Source: Isurus oxyrinchus (taxonomy: Eukaryota). Taken from it: a stretch of DNA of 64,000 nucleotides. A model generated the notes under the pieces. That model did not search any database. It was not told the origin of the DNA and saw only the letters and a list, made by a program, of their open reading frames with translations. The position numbers and the translations under genes are program-made. The stretch is taken from assembly GCA_026770705.1 (NCBI GenBank), contig JANJGN010000138.1, positions 1,054,001 through 1,118,000 on the forward strand, read 5' to 3'. The number at the start of each line of letters is the position of its first letter. The first letter of the stretch is position 1. Of the stretch, positions 11,350-24,945 are shown in pieces.

Positions 11350-12760
11350 TGATGGCGCTGTACGACAGGGGGAATTGAGAATTCTCGGGAAGGTGCAGTT
11401 GAGGCAGAAGATCAACCAGAAAGATTGGGAATTGGATGAGAAGCCATGAAATCTATGATACACCTGCTCCTGTTTCTCATGTTCTTACAGGCATTACTCA
11501 GAGGAACTACCAAGAGTGTGTTGGCCTTGGAGTTGGAACAGTGCTGATTGACCAGTGGGATTTCAGAGTTCAGTCCGTTACTTCAGGAGTTCAGGTTTGA
11601 TAATTATAGAAAGGTAGAACCGTAGAATGGATAGAGCACAAAACGTTTGTTCCATGTTGTCTGTGCTGGCTCTCTGAATGAGAGATTCACCTATTGCCGC
11701 CTTGACCCGCACATTTTTTTTTTTCCTTTTCAGGGCTAATTCCTGCTTATTTCCTCTTGTGAAAAGAAGAATGAAGGTTGATCTGATCGAAGTTTCCATT
11801 CCATTTAAACCACAAGTTAGGTTAAAAGGAGAGAAACTGCTTTCCACGGTGGTAGGTGTGGGGTGAAATGAGGTCATACTTTTGTCACTAATTCCCTGCG
11901 ATGGTGTCTAGGCCAACCAAGAGGAAAATGAAGATGCTCTTTTCATATTTAGGGCAGTCAGAAATCGAGAAATAATTCTTAGAAGTTGATCGAATCTACT
12001 ATAATTTCCAGAAGGAAGTATTTATTTGCAATGAAGAACTAAATGTCTCTTCTGCTGTCTTGAAGAATTCCGCATCCCTTACCCTTTTCCTCCCAGTAGC
12101 CTCACGGCGGGGGTGGGGGGTAGGGGCACAGAGGGGGAAATCACGTGCAGTCAGAAGGCAGCGTTTGGACCGAGACTCGAACCACAGAGCCGCAGATTTT
12201 ATGTTTTACTGTTTGAGATATCCAGCTGGATCACACATGCTTATCACAGATGCCTTGATAATCTGACATGAGGCACTGCAACAATATTTTTCTTGCATTC
12301 CCGTGTTTGGTAATTCTCCCTATTCAGCGCCTTTCCCTCACAAGCAGACCAGCAGCCTCCATTTGGCTTCATTTCACCAATCTCCAAATTGACACCGACT
12401 ACTCGCTCCTCACTTGAGGCTTGTGATGTGACAACTGTTGTTACACAGCTGTCTGCACTGAACCTTCAACGTTTTGCAGATTGTGTTTATTGCACCGAAA
12501 AGTTAAGTTGAAGAAATTGGAGAGGAAAACTCCAAACTCACAGAGTTGGATTTTGCGAATGGTTAAAAAAAATAGATATAGTGTTTGTTGTGGGAAAGTG
12601 AGATATTGACACTATTAAAGCAAGAAAGCTCGTTGGAAATAATGTTCTAAATTCTGAGACTCATAACAATCCCAATGCCTTCCTCAAAAAACTCCAGCAC
12701 TAAATCCAGCAGCAAGTTTAACCCCGAATTCCAAATGACTGGAATTTGTGTAGGGTTGTT
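11350..12760 (+). repeat. Further copy of the ~1.4 kb module at ~730-2110 and ~58560-59830
   Basis: 12341 caagcagaccagcagcctccatttggcttcatttcac vs 1731 cagacagaccggcagcctccatttggtgtcatttcac. Confidence 0.8.
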
Positions 12761-13083
12761 TAATGCACACTCGGTCAAAAGCTGCTCTGATATAGAATGC
12801 AGTCACACTCACCTCACCCAGCGAACAGCAGTAGAGACAAGCACAACTTTGAATATTGCATGTTTTTTCGGAGAGATATTAAGTTGCAGAAATTCCACGA
12901 ATATACAATGCCAGTGCGGTTTATTTCGCCAGTGAATAAACGATTTCATAAGGTGTTTGTTTTGGGAAAGTGAGATACCTTATTGCTGAAAGCAAGAAAT
13001 CTCATTCGTAGCTTTGAACAGTTCCAATGAAAAGTCATTGGCTTGAACAGTTCGATTTGTTTGTCTTCAGTGATGTTCCCCGT

Positions 13084-14256
13084 GTGAGGTGGGAATGACT
13101 GCCCTGAATATCAAGGCGATATTTGACTAAGTGTGGCATAAAGGAGCCCTTGCAAAATTGGGGTCAATGGGAACTAGGGGGAAAACTCTCTGCTGATTCG
13201 AGTCATTCCTCGCACAAATGAAGATGATTATGATTGTTGGAGGTTAATCATTTCAGTTCCAGGACATCACTGCAGAAATTCCCAAGGGCAGTGCTGTCGG
13301 CCCAACTATCTTCAGCTGCTTGATGAATGGCTTTCCTTCCACCAGGATGTCAGAAGTGGGGATGGTTGCTGATGATTGCACAATGTTCAGCACTATTTGC
13401 AACTCCTCTGATACTGAAGCAGCCCATATCCAATTGCAGCAAGACCTGGGCAATATCCCGGTTTGAGCTAACAAGTGGCAAGTAGCAGTCGTGCCACACA
13501 AGTGCTAGGCAATGACCATCTCCAGAAAGATAGAATCTGTCCATTACACCTTGGCATTTAATGGCAAAACGATAATGAATTCCACTCTATCAGCAACCTG
13601 GGAATTAATAACGAACAGAAATGAACTCGACTAACCATATAATTACTGTGGCTACGAGAGCAGGTCAGAGGCTAGGAATCCTGCGGCGAGTAACTCACTT
13701 CCTTTCTCCCCAAAGCCTGCCCACCATCAACAATGCTTATGCCAGGGGTGTGATGGAATACTCGCCGCTTTCCTGGATGAGTGCAGCTCAAATAACACTC
13801 AATAAGATTTGCACCATCCAATACAAAGTAGCCCGCTTGATTGGAACCCCATCCACAAATATTAATACCCTGCACCATCAAAGCAGATAAGCTGCAGTGT
13901 GGAACATCTATAAGATGTAATGCAGAAATTTGCAAGGGCTCCTTAGCCATCACTGTCCAAACAAACGACCGCTACCAAACGGGATGGTAAATGCAGCGGA
14001 TACATGAGAGCAGCACTACCTGGATTTTCCCCTCCAAGCCGCTCACCATCCTGACTTTGAAATATATCGCCCTTCCTTCAATGTCGCTGGGTCAAAATCC
14101 TGGAATGCTATTCCTAACAACACTGCTGATGTACCTACATCACAAGGACTGTGGCGGTTCAAGAAGGCAGCTCACCAGTTTCTCAAGGGTAACTAAGGAT
14201 GGGTAGTTAATGTTGGCCGATACAGCGAAGACAATATCTTGTAAATTAATAAAAAT
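13084..14256 (+). mobile_element. L2/CR1-group LINE, 5'-truncated (RT to 3' tail)
   Basis: Degenerate ALNIKAIFD*VWHKGAL, IPKGSAVGPTIFSC, MVADDCTMF, RGVMEYSPLSW; tail ends in aataaaaa. Confidence 0.88.
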
Positions 14257-14789
14257 ATTTATTGGCCATCACACCCAGGAGTGGACTTGAAACCGGTGTT
14301 TCTGGCTGAGTCCACAAGTCCTTCTTATCAGCTATTTTAGAAGTGCTATTTCCATGCAACTTGATGTAGTTATTAATAACACTGACTGATACAAATGCAG
14401 TGATAAAGTGGGAGATTTTGAGATGCAGGAGTTCTAGTCAAACGAGTTGGCCATATCATTTCTAATTCGACTCTTACGTTCTTTCGCTCTGTGTTAATCA
14501 TTTAAGCCCCCAAATTTCAGTAAAACTATGCTTTTTAGTGAACAAGATCAGTTCCCTGAAACAGTTTATTTCGAACCATGTTGTGTTGTGAACGGTTAGT
14601 CATTAGAATAGCTAGAATTTCATTATGCCAAAGCTCAATATTTGAATTCAAGGCTATTAAAGCATGATTACAGAAAAAAATATTTACTTCTGAAAGTGCT
14701 GGCGGGGGGCGAGGGTTGGGAGGGGTGGGAGGTGCGGGTGTGCTGCGGGTGTTGTGCTGTGGTGGCGGTATGTAGCTGGGCTATCGCAT

Positions 14790-15670
14790 TTCTTGATTGA
14801 TCTCAATAACCAAATACTGGATGTGCAAGGCATAGTTTCAGAATTTGAGTATGATGCAAGACTTGGAAGTATTGTGAACTTTGTGGTGATAATGATGGAC
14901 TTCAGGAGGATATAGATAGGCTGGTGGGATGGGAAGACTCGGAGTAGGTGAATTTTAATGTGCAGGAGTGCGAAGTGATACATTTTGCTGAAATGAACGA
15001 GGAGGGGTGACATAAAATGAAGGGCGTAATTCTAAATTAATGCAGGAGCAGAAGGACCTGGATGTGTATCTGCAAAAATCATTGAAGCTGTCAGGGCAGC
15101 TTGAGAAAGCAGCTATAGGCCCCGAATACTGGATTTATTAATCAGGGCATAGAGTACCAAAGGAACTAAGTTGTCAACGTTCATAAAATACTGGTTCAAC
15201 TTAAAAGAAGGTTTTGCAAAGGATTCAGAAAAGATTTACGAGAATGAATCCGAGGATGGTAGAGTTCAGATATGTGGATAGATGGGTGAAGCTGGGGCTG
15301 TTCTTCTTGGAGAAGAGAAGTTTGAGGGGAGATTATTTTAGACGTACTCAAAATCATGAGGGATCTAGATAGTTAACATGGTGAAATTGCTCCCATCGGC
15401 GGGAGGTTGAGAAGCCTAAACTGATTTCAAAAATTACCAGAGGCGACATGAAGATAAACTTCTTTATGCAACAAGTGATATGGTGTGGAAGCTACTGGCT
15501 GAGTGTGTGGTGGAGGCAGATTCAATTGCAGTAGATAATTATCTGAAAACATAATATTTTCAGGGCCACATGGAAAAAAGTGAAGGAATGGGACTGGCTG
15601 AGTTGCTGTTGCAGAGAACCGGCAGGCAGACACTGTGCTGAATGGCCTCCTTCTGTGCTATGACCACTAT
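14790..15670 (+). mobile_element. CR1 LINE 3' fragment
   Basis: gtgcaagggcatagtttcagaatttgagtatgatgcaagacttgga (KFADDTKLG relic); tail gaatggcctccttctgtgctatgac. Confidence 0.8.
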
Positions 15671-18520
15671 ATAAATCTATGGGTAACCTTGCTTTAATGT
15701 CCTGTTACCCAAACTACGCAATAACTGGGGACAAAATAACTGATAGCACTACACCTAAGAATCAGGACAATGGAAGACAGGCACACTCCGAGGGATTAGC
15801 ACACATTTTATGTATAAAGTGCATCCAAATCATTTATTTCAGATTATTTATACACAACCAATAGGGAATAATTTGCTTTATAGATGCACACAATGTAAGA
15901 CATGACTAGAAGTTTCCCGCAACACCAGCTTCCCCACGTACCCCTGTCATCCGCCCCCAGCAATCTAGAAACCTAATCGTGGTGGTAAGTAATTCCTCAG
16001 CGTGATTTTTGGACAATCAAACTTGCGGCACACTCCCCACAAAGACGAAATAAATCTGTCAGTTCTGACCAAGCCCATCGACCTAAAAACGTTAACTTTG
16101 TTGTCTCTCATCACAGAAGCTGCCAGACCCGCGGAGTATTCCCAGGATTCTCTGTTTCTTTTTAACCTGTAAGGACAGTTGCGGCCAGTCTTTTCCTGTA
16201 TGTTTCTGAGGGATGAAGAATTCTCCCGCTCCGCCGCCACACCGCACCCCACCAACCCCCTCTCTTTTTTGATCGGTTTACAGAACAAACCATGGGAGGC
16301 GTGAAATAGCAGTTTTCTTACTTTGCTGAGGCCTGTTTTGCAAGCAATGACAATTATCCAAGATGGGCTCTCTGTTGACGAGCTCCGTGCGTCACTACAG
16401 GGTTGACAATGAAAATTATATTGACGCAGAAATTGATACAAGCATCGCCTCCGATGTTGTAAAGCCAGTAACAAGTGCGGCAAACACAACTTAAATACGG
16501 TTGACACTCGCCACTCACAATGGCTTTGAATTATAGCAGGTGGAATGAAGAAACAACAGTTAAATGAAAGAATTAGTGATCGCTCGCTTCTGAAACACAA
16601 GGAGCCTTTTCACCTGGTTGCAAGATGTGGAGAGCAGAGTCCTTGAATTAACTGCTGTCACATGCCACAAATGGCTGCTTCACAACAAACTAAACACGTG
16701 TTACGTAATTGGTGTATGAGTGAGAAACATGTGGAGTTTGTTCTCCTACCCGCTATATATTGGATAACTGATAGCTATTGGCAGATAGGTGCAGCTGTCC
16801 CTTGCATCTGCTCTTAGTTCAATAGCTACATTTATCCGCTCTCTTTAAAGCGACTATTGTCGTTCGTAAATCCATTGTGCTTAAGTGAATTATTACTGTT
16901 TTGTTCGCTGTCGATTGGTGTGATACACAAGCGGTGTCTCGCCAATTGGAAGCAGTTATAGTCTCCATAGGTTGACGTGCTGTTTCATTTTGTGGCTCCG
17001 CTTTGTGTGTGCGGTGTAAACGTCGATATCAACTGTGCATATTCAAGGATAAAAACATTCCTCCTGCATTAAATTTGAGTTAATAATACATTGCTCTGAT
17101 CTATCAACATTTTTTCAGTGACATGTCATGCCACCCTTTCACTCTCCAAGCCCAGCTACAACCTAAATGTATCTGAGAATGTTCTTTATTCATCTTTTAG
17201 TTATGCCCAAGAGTACGTGTTCATGATACTTAACCAAAGCATTAAAAATATTCCAAGTGTGAAATAGAGGATTGTCAGAAGCTCGCTTTCATATAATAGG
17301 GGCTTTCCCATTTTATCCAGAGTATGGATTAAAATATAACTTCATTAATTACGGCGATGCGGAATTTTAATTTATAATCGGGCGCACTGATTTAGGGAGG
17401 AAATAAAACAAAACAGGAAAAAGACTTGGAGGCACTGGATCACCTCCAGCAATGTTTGAGTGATTTCATCACGAATAACATAGCGTAGGGGCCTCAAAAA
17501 TAACGTTAGAGTAGGGTTACAGCTCGAAATACTGTAATGATTCTCTGCACGGACACAACTATTAATGCTCGAGTAGGGTCTTCCTCAGTAATACTAAATT
17601 CACCGTAAGAAAAGCTACGGTAACCTCACCAACAGTAATGTTAGTCAAAGGAAATCACGAGTAAGAGTTGAGCAGCAGCCTGTCCTGTAACCCGACAGCT
17701 GGGTTACCACCACTGATGTTATGCCAATATCACCATCAACACGAGAATAGAGTCACCGTGAAAATTCTGGAATAGGATGAAAAACAATAATCCAAAAACA
17801 AAATACAGCGATGCTGGAAACCTGAATTTGAAAAAGTCAATGCTGACCGTTACCTGAAATATTAACTCTGATTGACTCTCCACTGATGCTGCAGGATCTG
17901 CTGAGCATTCCCAGCATTTTATGCTCGTATTTCCCAACTAATAATGTTGGAGCAGGGCATCCCGATGTTTGAGTGGAGTTTGCATTGCTAATGATAGATT
18001 AAAGTCAGCACGGATTATTTTCCAATTTGTTTCCCACTATTAATGTTAGAGTTTATAATGAGTAGTAGCTGACTGATAGCAACAGCATAAATATACGGAC
18101 ATCGCCAGTATTCTTAATGTCAGAGCAATATCATCGTCAGCAAAAATAACGCCGATTCATCACGAGGTTTCGCACAGAAGACAGGAAGTTTAAGTTTAAG
18201 AATTACAGTCTATAACACGTTTACATTCTTCAATGGATGAGTCACGATCGCAGAAGAATAATATGAAGCCCCAGGAATCCAACACTGTACAGAGGGGTAT
18301 TCCTTTCCACTTTCAAGGGGAGCATGCGCAGAACACATTCCACCTGGGGTTGCTTCCGATCATTAATTTAAATGACGAAGTTTCTGGAACTGAGCTGGTC
18401 AATTTACCCATTGACGGACCGGGGTCTCTAAGAGGAAAATTACTCGCTTGTTTGTTAAGTGACTATAACTAACACGAATTATTGTGTAAGCTGATTTACT
18501 CACCGCGACATGAATTGGCC

Positions 18521-18526
18521 TATAAA
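18521..18526 (+). promoter_or_regulatory. TATA box upstream of GPCR exon 1
   Basis: ggccTATAAAgggg 75 nt upstream of the ATG at 18596. Confidence 0.5.
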
Positions 18527-18595
18527 GGGGAAAACAGTTACGGATCTTTAATGCAACTCAGAAAACTGAGTGATCCATCGCATTCTTCTACAAAA

Positions 18596-21500
18596 ATGAT
18601 CCTGCCAACGATTCTACAAGTAAAGCAAATTTACTACCCAATGCTAGCAGCCTTTTGTATTCCCGGTAAGTCATTGTTGCCTGGTATCTGCTGAGAATTT
18701 CACTGCTAGTGATTATGTGGCTGATTGCGGGAATGTCTCACTGCCGAGTCATATTTCTACCAGGATGAATGCTGAATATCAACGGGAAATATAGCTGTTC
18801 ACAGGGCCTGGGAGCCGTGGTTCTGCTCAGCAGATTGTGGGCACCTGGAGTTTAATTTTCCTGCTCACCCTGAAAGAGAGGGGGTTTGAATTGCCGCCAC
18901 TCCAACAGTTCATAGATCATTTAGCAATGTGTTGCTTAGTGTCTATATTAACAATCTCATATGTCCCGTTGCCCATTGTCGACATTACAGTGATAAGTCC
19001 AAGTACTGCAGCGTCCTCCACCCAGCAGGGAACAAGAAGATATTTTGAGGAACAGGAAGTTGCTCCTCATTCCTCCCTCGCAAAGAATCTTTGTGGATCC
19101 ATCTGTTCCTGTTTGGTTCATGACCGGGTCCTTCAGAGCGATTATAAAAAGTCAAAGGGTGCTGTGTTGAATTCAAATGGATAGTTGTTTTCTTCAGCTG
19201 AATATTTTATTTCAATTTATTGCTTCCTGTAATGGATTGGAAATTAAATTGAACACCGCTGGCACCTGATGTCCTTCCCGAGATTCCCATCACCAAATAT
19301 TCAGGAGGAACCGTTTGTAAAATTCTCTTTAGTGTAACATGGAGCCTCAATGGCAATTTATCAAATTCACTCAGTGTTTCACATGGGAACGGCTTGATGA
19401 CAGGCAGATTACATGTCAGGAAATCTGTTTATTATTTGACCTTTTAAATACAACAAGTTATAGAAATATCCCATTTTCCCCTTACGAAACTTTTTATTGG
19501 TAAGTGGACTGTCTCCATGAGGTCCTCACGGGTGACCTGCACTGTACAGTTTAAATGCAAATTGAGCCTCAATCCAATGCCAGTGGCGATGGTCTTTGGA
19601 AGGGAATCAGGAGAGATGTTTGACGGACGGTTGATCAGATTTTGCCAGTTTTACACTATTAACCGAAGTCAACATTAGCTCCAGTTGAGGCATCAATGCA
19701 TCAGTGTCGGTGAGAGTAGGAGTCAGCTTGGGGTGACTCTCCGTTGCCATCCTGTGAACTGAATTCGAGTGACCCTTCTCTCAGCACTATCAAACCATCA
19801 GACTGAAACTTACCAGGAGGACGACAGAGTCCCAGTTCCTGTACATAGTGTTACAGTACACTTGAGAATCAATTACCTGATGGAAAAGAAATTCTCATAG
19901 GACTCCGGTGGAAGGAAACAATGGACAAGATTTCACTTCTTTTAACATTTACTGTAAAAAAATCAAACCATAGACAAAAATATATAATTAATTGATAACT
20001 GTATTCAGTAGAAAGCGTTTATTATTATTATAGTAGCTGATACAACAATGGTAAGCCTGATGGATTTCTCGGCCAGTCCTCAGCACATATTTGGCTCTGT
20101 GTTCAGTCTCAATGTCTCTCACAACTCCACCTTGCTCCAACAGTGCTCAACTACTCTTCTTCCCGCAGGGTCTGATTCTCAATTGGCCTCCAACAGCCAA
20201 TTGACTCCATCCAAGCTCCACGGGTATGATAATCATCAACGAGGCACACTTCTGTGTAGCATCTTTCACTCGGGTCACAACGCTCCTGATGGCAGCGTTT
20301 TCCCAGAGGGACTGTCACCCCACCATTCAATGGCTCTCTGGTACACAGTATGATCAGCTCTGGTTAAAAAGAAATAACTCCCAGCTCTTCAGCTTGCCTG
20401 GCTGGCTCACAGATTGTCTCAGGTTACAGTCTTTTAAGATTGCTCCCATTCACAGATTCAGCGAGAGCGCCTGGGCCTGCATCGCCTCTGCTGAAAAGCA
20501 ATTGAATTTTTTATACTCTGCTTTTTTTGACCACAGATGAAATCCTATCTCCCAATCTGTTTATAGTTCCTAATTAGATGCACAGGTTCATTTCTCAGAA
20601 GTCCGGTATCCAATTTGTAGATCCCACCGCCAGAAACCTGTTTCCGGTCGCTGCTTCAGCTAGGGGTCATCTCAAAAATACTGCTCTTAAAAATGAGCAC
20701 ACGAGAGTGCATATTCGTTTATTTATTTTAGGAATTTCATGAACACTTTACAATATTATAAATCGATAGGTGTATATAACGCTAGGTAGAAATGCACAGT
20801 ACTATTTCCTGTAATATTCTGTGAAATGTTTGTGAGCATTCAGGTTACCTACTTTCTCTCCCCTTTTCCCACAGCAAACCTGATGACAATGGTGATTCTC
20901 TTCAGAGGAAATTGCGGCCTTTCAAAATGTTTTTATTTCTATATGGTGTCCATGGCAATAGCTGATTTACTGATCATGCTCAATGATGTTCTCGTGTATA
21001 ACATCCTTAGTAAGCATTTTCCACCTATAATCCTGTCCTATACACCCATTTGCAAGTTCATAATGTACACAAATAATGTCAACCTGTATTTAACGGTGTG
21101 GTTTACAGTCTCCCTCACATTTGACCGATTTGTATCTATCTGTAGTCACCAATTTAAGGCAAGGTATTGCACAGTGTGAACTGCGGTGACAGTTCTAACA
21201 GCAATCTCTGTCCTCTCATGTTTACAGGTCATCCCTTTTGGTTTGCATTTGACCCTAAGCGAATACTTCACAATGTTCACTGGGGTTTCCAACCCAGCCT
21301 GGAATTTTATACATCTCCTATTGGTGTAACATTCACTTGGCTACAAAGTATTTTATTGACTTGGATTCCTTTCACTTTGATATTACTGTTTAATTGTTTG
21401 ACGGTCAGACGAATTTAAGTAGCCAGTGGAGCCCGTAAGAAGCTCCGGGGTCACAGCAGCGAGAATCACAGTGATCCGGAAATGCAGAACCGAAGGAAAT

Positions 21501-21790
21501 CGATTATATTACTGTTCACTGTATCGGGTAATTTTATACTGTTGTGGCTGACAGCAGTCGTTTGTTCGTTAGTCAGTGGTGCGGTCATCCATGTACGACC
21601 GGATAATACAGCTCCCGCATACATCGCCACTCAAACTGGACAAATGCTCATGTATTTGAGTTCCTGCACAAACGCGTTTATTTATGCACTACACAAACTA
21701 AATTCCGGGAAGAGCTGAAGCAGATAGTGAAATCTCCTTGGACAATTATTCTGATACTAATAAAGAAAATGCAAAATGAAAGTAAAACTC
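18596..21790 (+). pseudogene. Two-exon class A GPCR pseudogene, GPR139/142-like
   Basis: Exon 1 18596-18665 MILPTILQVKQIYYPMLAAFCIP with G|GTAAG donor; acceptor ttttcccacag|at 20875 gives ANLMTMVILFRGNCGLSKC...ADLL...WFTVSLTFDRFVSIC...YCTV; NRRKSIILLF and SSCTNAFIY downstream; stops at 21177 and 21416, frameshifts near 21235 and 21688. Confidence 0.92.
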
Positions 21791-22289
21791 TTCCTATTCT
21801 GACCATAGTTAAATTTTCTCCAGTGTTCCCGGTTTGATTGTGCACTTTCTGCTGCCACGACAACATGTTGCTTTATTTAAATAATATCCGAAAACATTGA
21901 CCACTTTGTGTCATGTGTTTCATGTTTGCTCATTTTGAACGTGGATTAGAATTGTTTCTTCCAATTGAAACGCGCTTGCTACTCATGGTACGTGGAGAAC
22001 AGTCATCAACATGTTACAACAGTGGAGTAAACCCTCTCTGCATTGGCCTTAACTCCGGTGCACGGCAGGAACTGCAATAAGAAGCTCCAGTTTAGTAAAC
22101 AGCTAAGGTCCCAAAACTTCCAATGTCCACTGCAGTGAATTTAAGTTGCTGTTACACATCCCAAACTGCGCGGACGTCCTGACACGTTTTTGACAAAATT
22201 CTCTATCGACAACTAAGCCCTGAACCATCATAAATTGTTCCTCTGCGGAAGGAGAGCAGGGGTGTTTAGGGACCAGAAAGAGGATTGCA

Positions 22290-23935
22290 GGGACAGCAGG
22301 GCATGTGAGATAATAAATGAATGCTTTGCACCTGTTTTTACGAAGGAAGAATATGCTGGCTAGGCCATAGTGCAAAAGGAGGGAATAATGTCACTAAAAG
22401 GCTAAAAATTGATAAGGAGGAAGTATTGGATAGGTTAGCTGCACCGAAAGTCGTCAAATGAGGGAAGCGAGAGTAAATATTGAAGAGGCATTGGCTATAA
22501 AGTTTCGGTCTTATATAGATTCAAGGATCGTCCTAGCGAATGGAAAGTTGCAAACAATGCACCCTTATTCAAAGAAGCGTCAAGGGATTAAGCTACAGAT
22601 TTGTCAGTTTAAATTCGCTGATCAGAAACTTCTAGAAAGTACAATTAGCGACAGGATTAATAGAGGTGGACATATGCGAGTTAATTAAGGAAACCATCAT
22701 AGAATTCTGAATGGGAAATCATAGCTAACTAACTTACTTTTAAAAAAGTAACACAAAGGAACGATAAAGGCAAAACTGTTGGTGTACATGGACTCCCGAA
22801 CACATTTGATACAGTACCACACAACAGTCAAGTGAGGAAAAACATGTAGCTAATGGAATAAATCGGACAGTAGCAACATGTTTACAAAACTGGCTGAGTG
22901 ACAGGAGGCAGATAGTAATGCTTTATGCATATCTTTCAAGCTGGACGATGGCTTGTGTTGGAATTCCCCAGACGTCCGCATGGCACCCTTGCTTTCGCCT
23001 GAAAAATATTAATGATCTATACTTTAGTGCACAGGGAACAATTTCAAAATTTTCGGATGATACAAAACTTGAAAGCCTTGTACACTGTGGGGAGTGCAGT
23101 TTAGAGCTGCAAAAGGACATATACAAGGTGTTGGAATTGGTTTATAAGTGGCAGATGAATTCAACGTAGCAAAATGTGAGCCGGTACACTTTGGTAAAAA
23201 GACCATATAAGGTAAGGCTTACAAGTGCAAGGGAGGTTCTGAAGCAGTGGGATATAGGTGTATGTGAGTATATATAGTTGAACGTGGCAGGATAAGTTGA
23301 GAGGGCAATTAATAAAGTTTAAAGTTTCTTTGCCATTTTTAATAAGAACACAGAGTACAAAACCAAGGAGGTTATGTTGAGCTGTATTTTGACCTCAACT
23401 AGAGTTCTGCGGTCAGTTCTGGGCTCACATTTTAGGAAGGATTTATGTCATTGGAGAGAGAGAGCAGTAGAGGTTTAAAGGAATAAGGTGTTGGATTCAT
23501 TACTTATGAAGAGAGGTAGGAGAAATTGGAACACTTTTCTTTGGATAAAAGAAGCTGGAAGGAGCTTTGATAGAAGTATCCAAAACCCTGAGGAGACTGG
23601 AGAGGGAGGTTAGGGATAAAGTGTCCCACTTGGTGGAAGGAATATAATAAAAAAGATCACAGATTTATGCTAATTGGCAAAACAAAACAAAAGTAATATG
23701 AAAAAATAACTTTTTAACCAGTGAGTGGATGGGTCTGGAATGGACTTCATGAAGGTGGAGGCAGGTTCAATCGATGCATTCAAGAGGGAATTGGGTGCTT
23801 CCTTCGAAAATAAATATTTTCACTGTTACGAGGAGAAGGCAGGAGAATGGCATTAGATAAAGTGCTCATTCACAAAGCCGTTGCAGACATGATGAGTCGA
23901 ATGGCCTAATTTTTGCACTGTAACAATTCTGTGAT
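22290..23935 (+). mobile_element. CR1 LINE, 5'-truncated
   Basis: GIPQTSAW, AQGTISKFSDDTKLESLV, ELQKDI..LELVYKWQM; tail gaatggcctaatttttgcactgtaacaattctgtgattct. Confidence 0.88.
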
Positions 23936-23944
23936 TCTCTCTCT

Positions 23945-24945
23945 ACACCGCAAAACATGTGAATATGCGAGGCAGAATCTGGTATCGCCCTGCAGCACCG
24001 CACATCTACCAAAACGCTCATCTCTGCCTAAATCTTCTATCAACCAATACAAATTCTCAGGCCAGTCATCATCATACTCAACGTCGGTCCTCTCCATTCC
24101 ACACGTTGCCTAAAAAGACTTGATTGTTGAGCCTTGGACAATATATTGGGAATCACAACAAGCAACTTTTGATCATTCCCCATGAATTTCTAGGGGCCAA
24201 TCGTCTCCACTGCCATTCGAGGCCCACCTTTGCTCAGATTCCAAAATTGGCTAAAAGAGCAACCACCTTCATTCTGCCTATCAGCAACTCTTGTAATTGC
24301 ACTGATGCCAGCACCTACGTTCAGTCGATCTCGAAATTCAGCAATCATGGAGGCCTCCATACTTTTAATCAATGCAGAAGCGACTGCATTTGAACTGAAA
24401 ATGGTCGGAAATGAATGAATTCCCGCCTTCTTTTTAGGAAGGTCGCCATTTGTTCTAAGAGAGTCTCCTCCGTGAAATGGAAACCCCGTCAGTTCTAGAA
24501 ATATGTGAAATTTGGGTACAGTCTCGTAATTTTAATAGAAACACAGACTCGGAACATCTAGGGCAAACTTTGTCGATCTCTGATAACACCTATTAAACTC
24601 TAGAAAATACTCGTCCATGGACTGATGGTCTGTCATCGCAAATTTATCAGACGTTGACCACGCTACGTAGTCTTCTAACAAATCAGCTTCAATATAAAAC
24701 CTAACCACCAATTGTCACAGAAGACTTAGTCCCTCCTTAATGTCCAACCAGCTCCAAAAATAATTGACTCCTAATCTTATTGCTTCCTGCTGCTGCCGAA
24801 TTCAAAGCGGTGCCCTTCTTCCTCTTGGAAAACGTGGTAACTCGAGTGCTCATTTCCACCTCATTTTCCGTTGCTTCTACCGTTCAAATAACCGAAAAAT
24901 CAGTTGCAATCAAAGGTTGAAAAGTCGCTTCTGGCTTCAGCCATT
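23945..24945 (-). mobile_element. Degenerate Ty1/Copia-type (GalEa-like) gag-protease remnant
   Basis: Minus strand ENEVEMSTRVTTFSKRKKGTAL...NKIRSQLFLEL; LLEDYVAWSTSDKF..DHQSMDEYFLEFNRCY; LKLRD...ETLLEQM; PRNSWGMIKSC../CDSQY zinc-knuckle relic; FGRCAVL protease-start relic. Confidence 0.65.

Noticed and set aside
12160-12240. tRNA-like B box (minus strand GGTTCGAGTCTC)
   Set aside because: It sits where the Lys relic is expected, but the 5' half is too degenerate to call as a separate feature.
15965-16600. Longest ORF in the track (211 aa, minus strand)
   Set aside because: Non-ATG start, no recognisable domain, and it runs through a common short shark repeat (~16030-16150); likely a chance ORF.
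17480-18130. Degenerate TAATGTTAGAGTAGGGTT motif repeats (telomere-like)
   Set aside because: Irregular spacing and no TTAGGG run; at most an old minisatellite.
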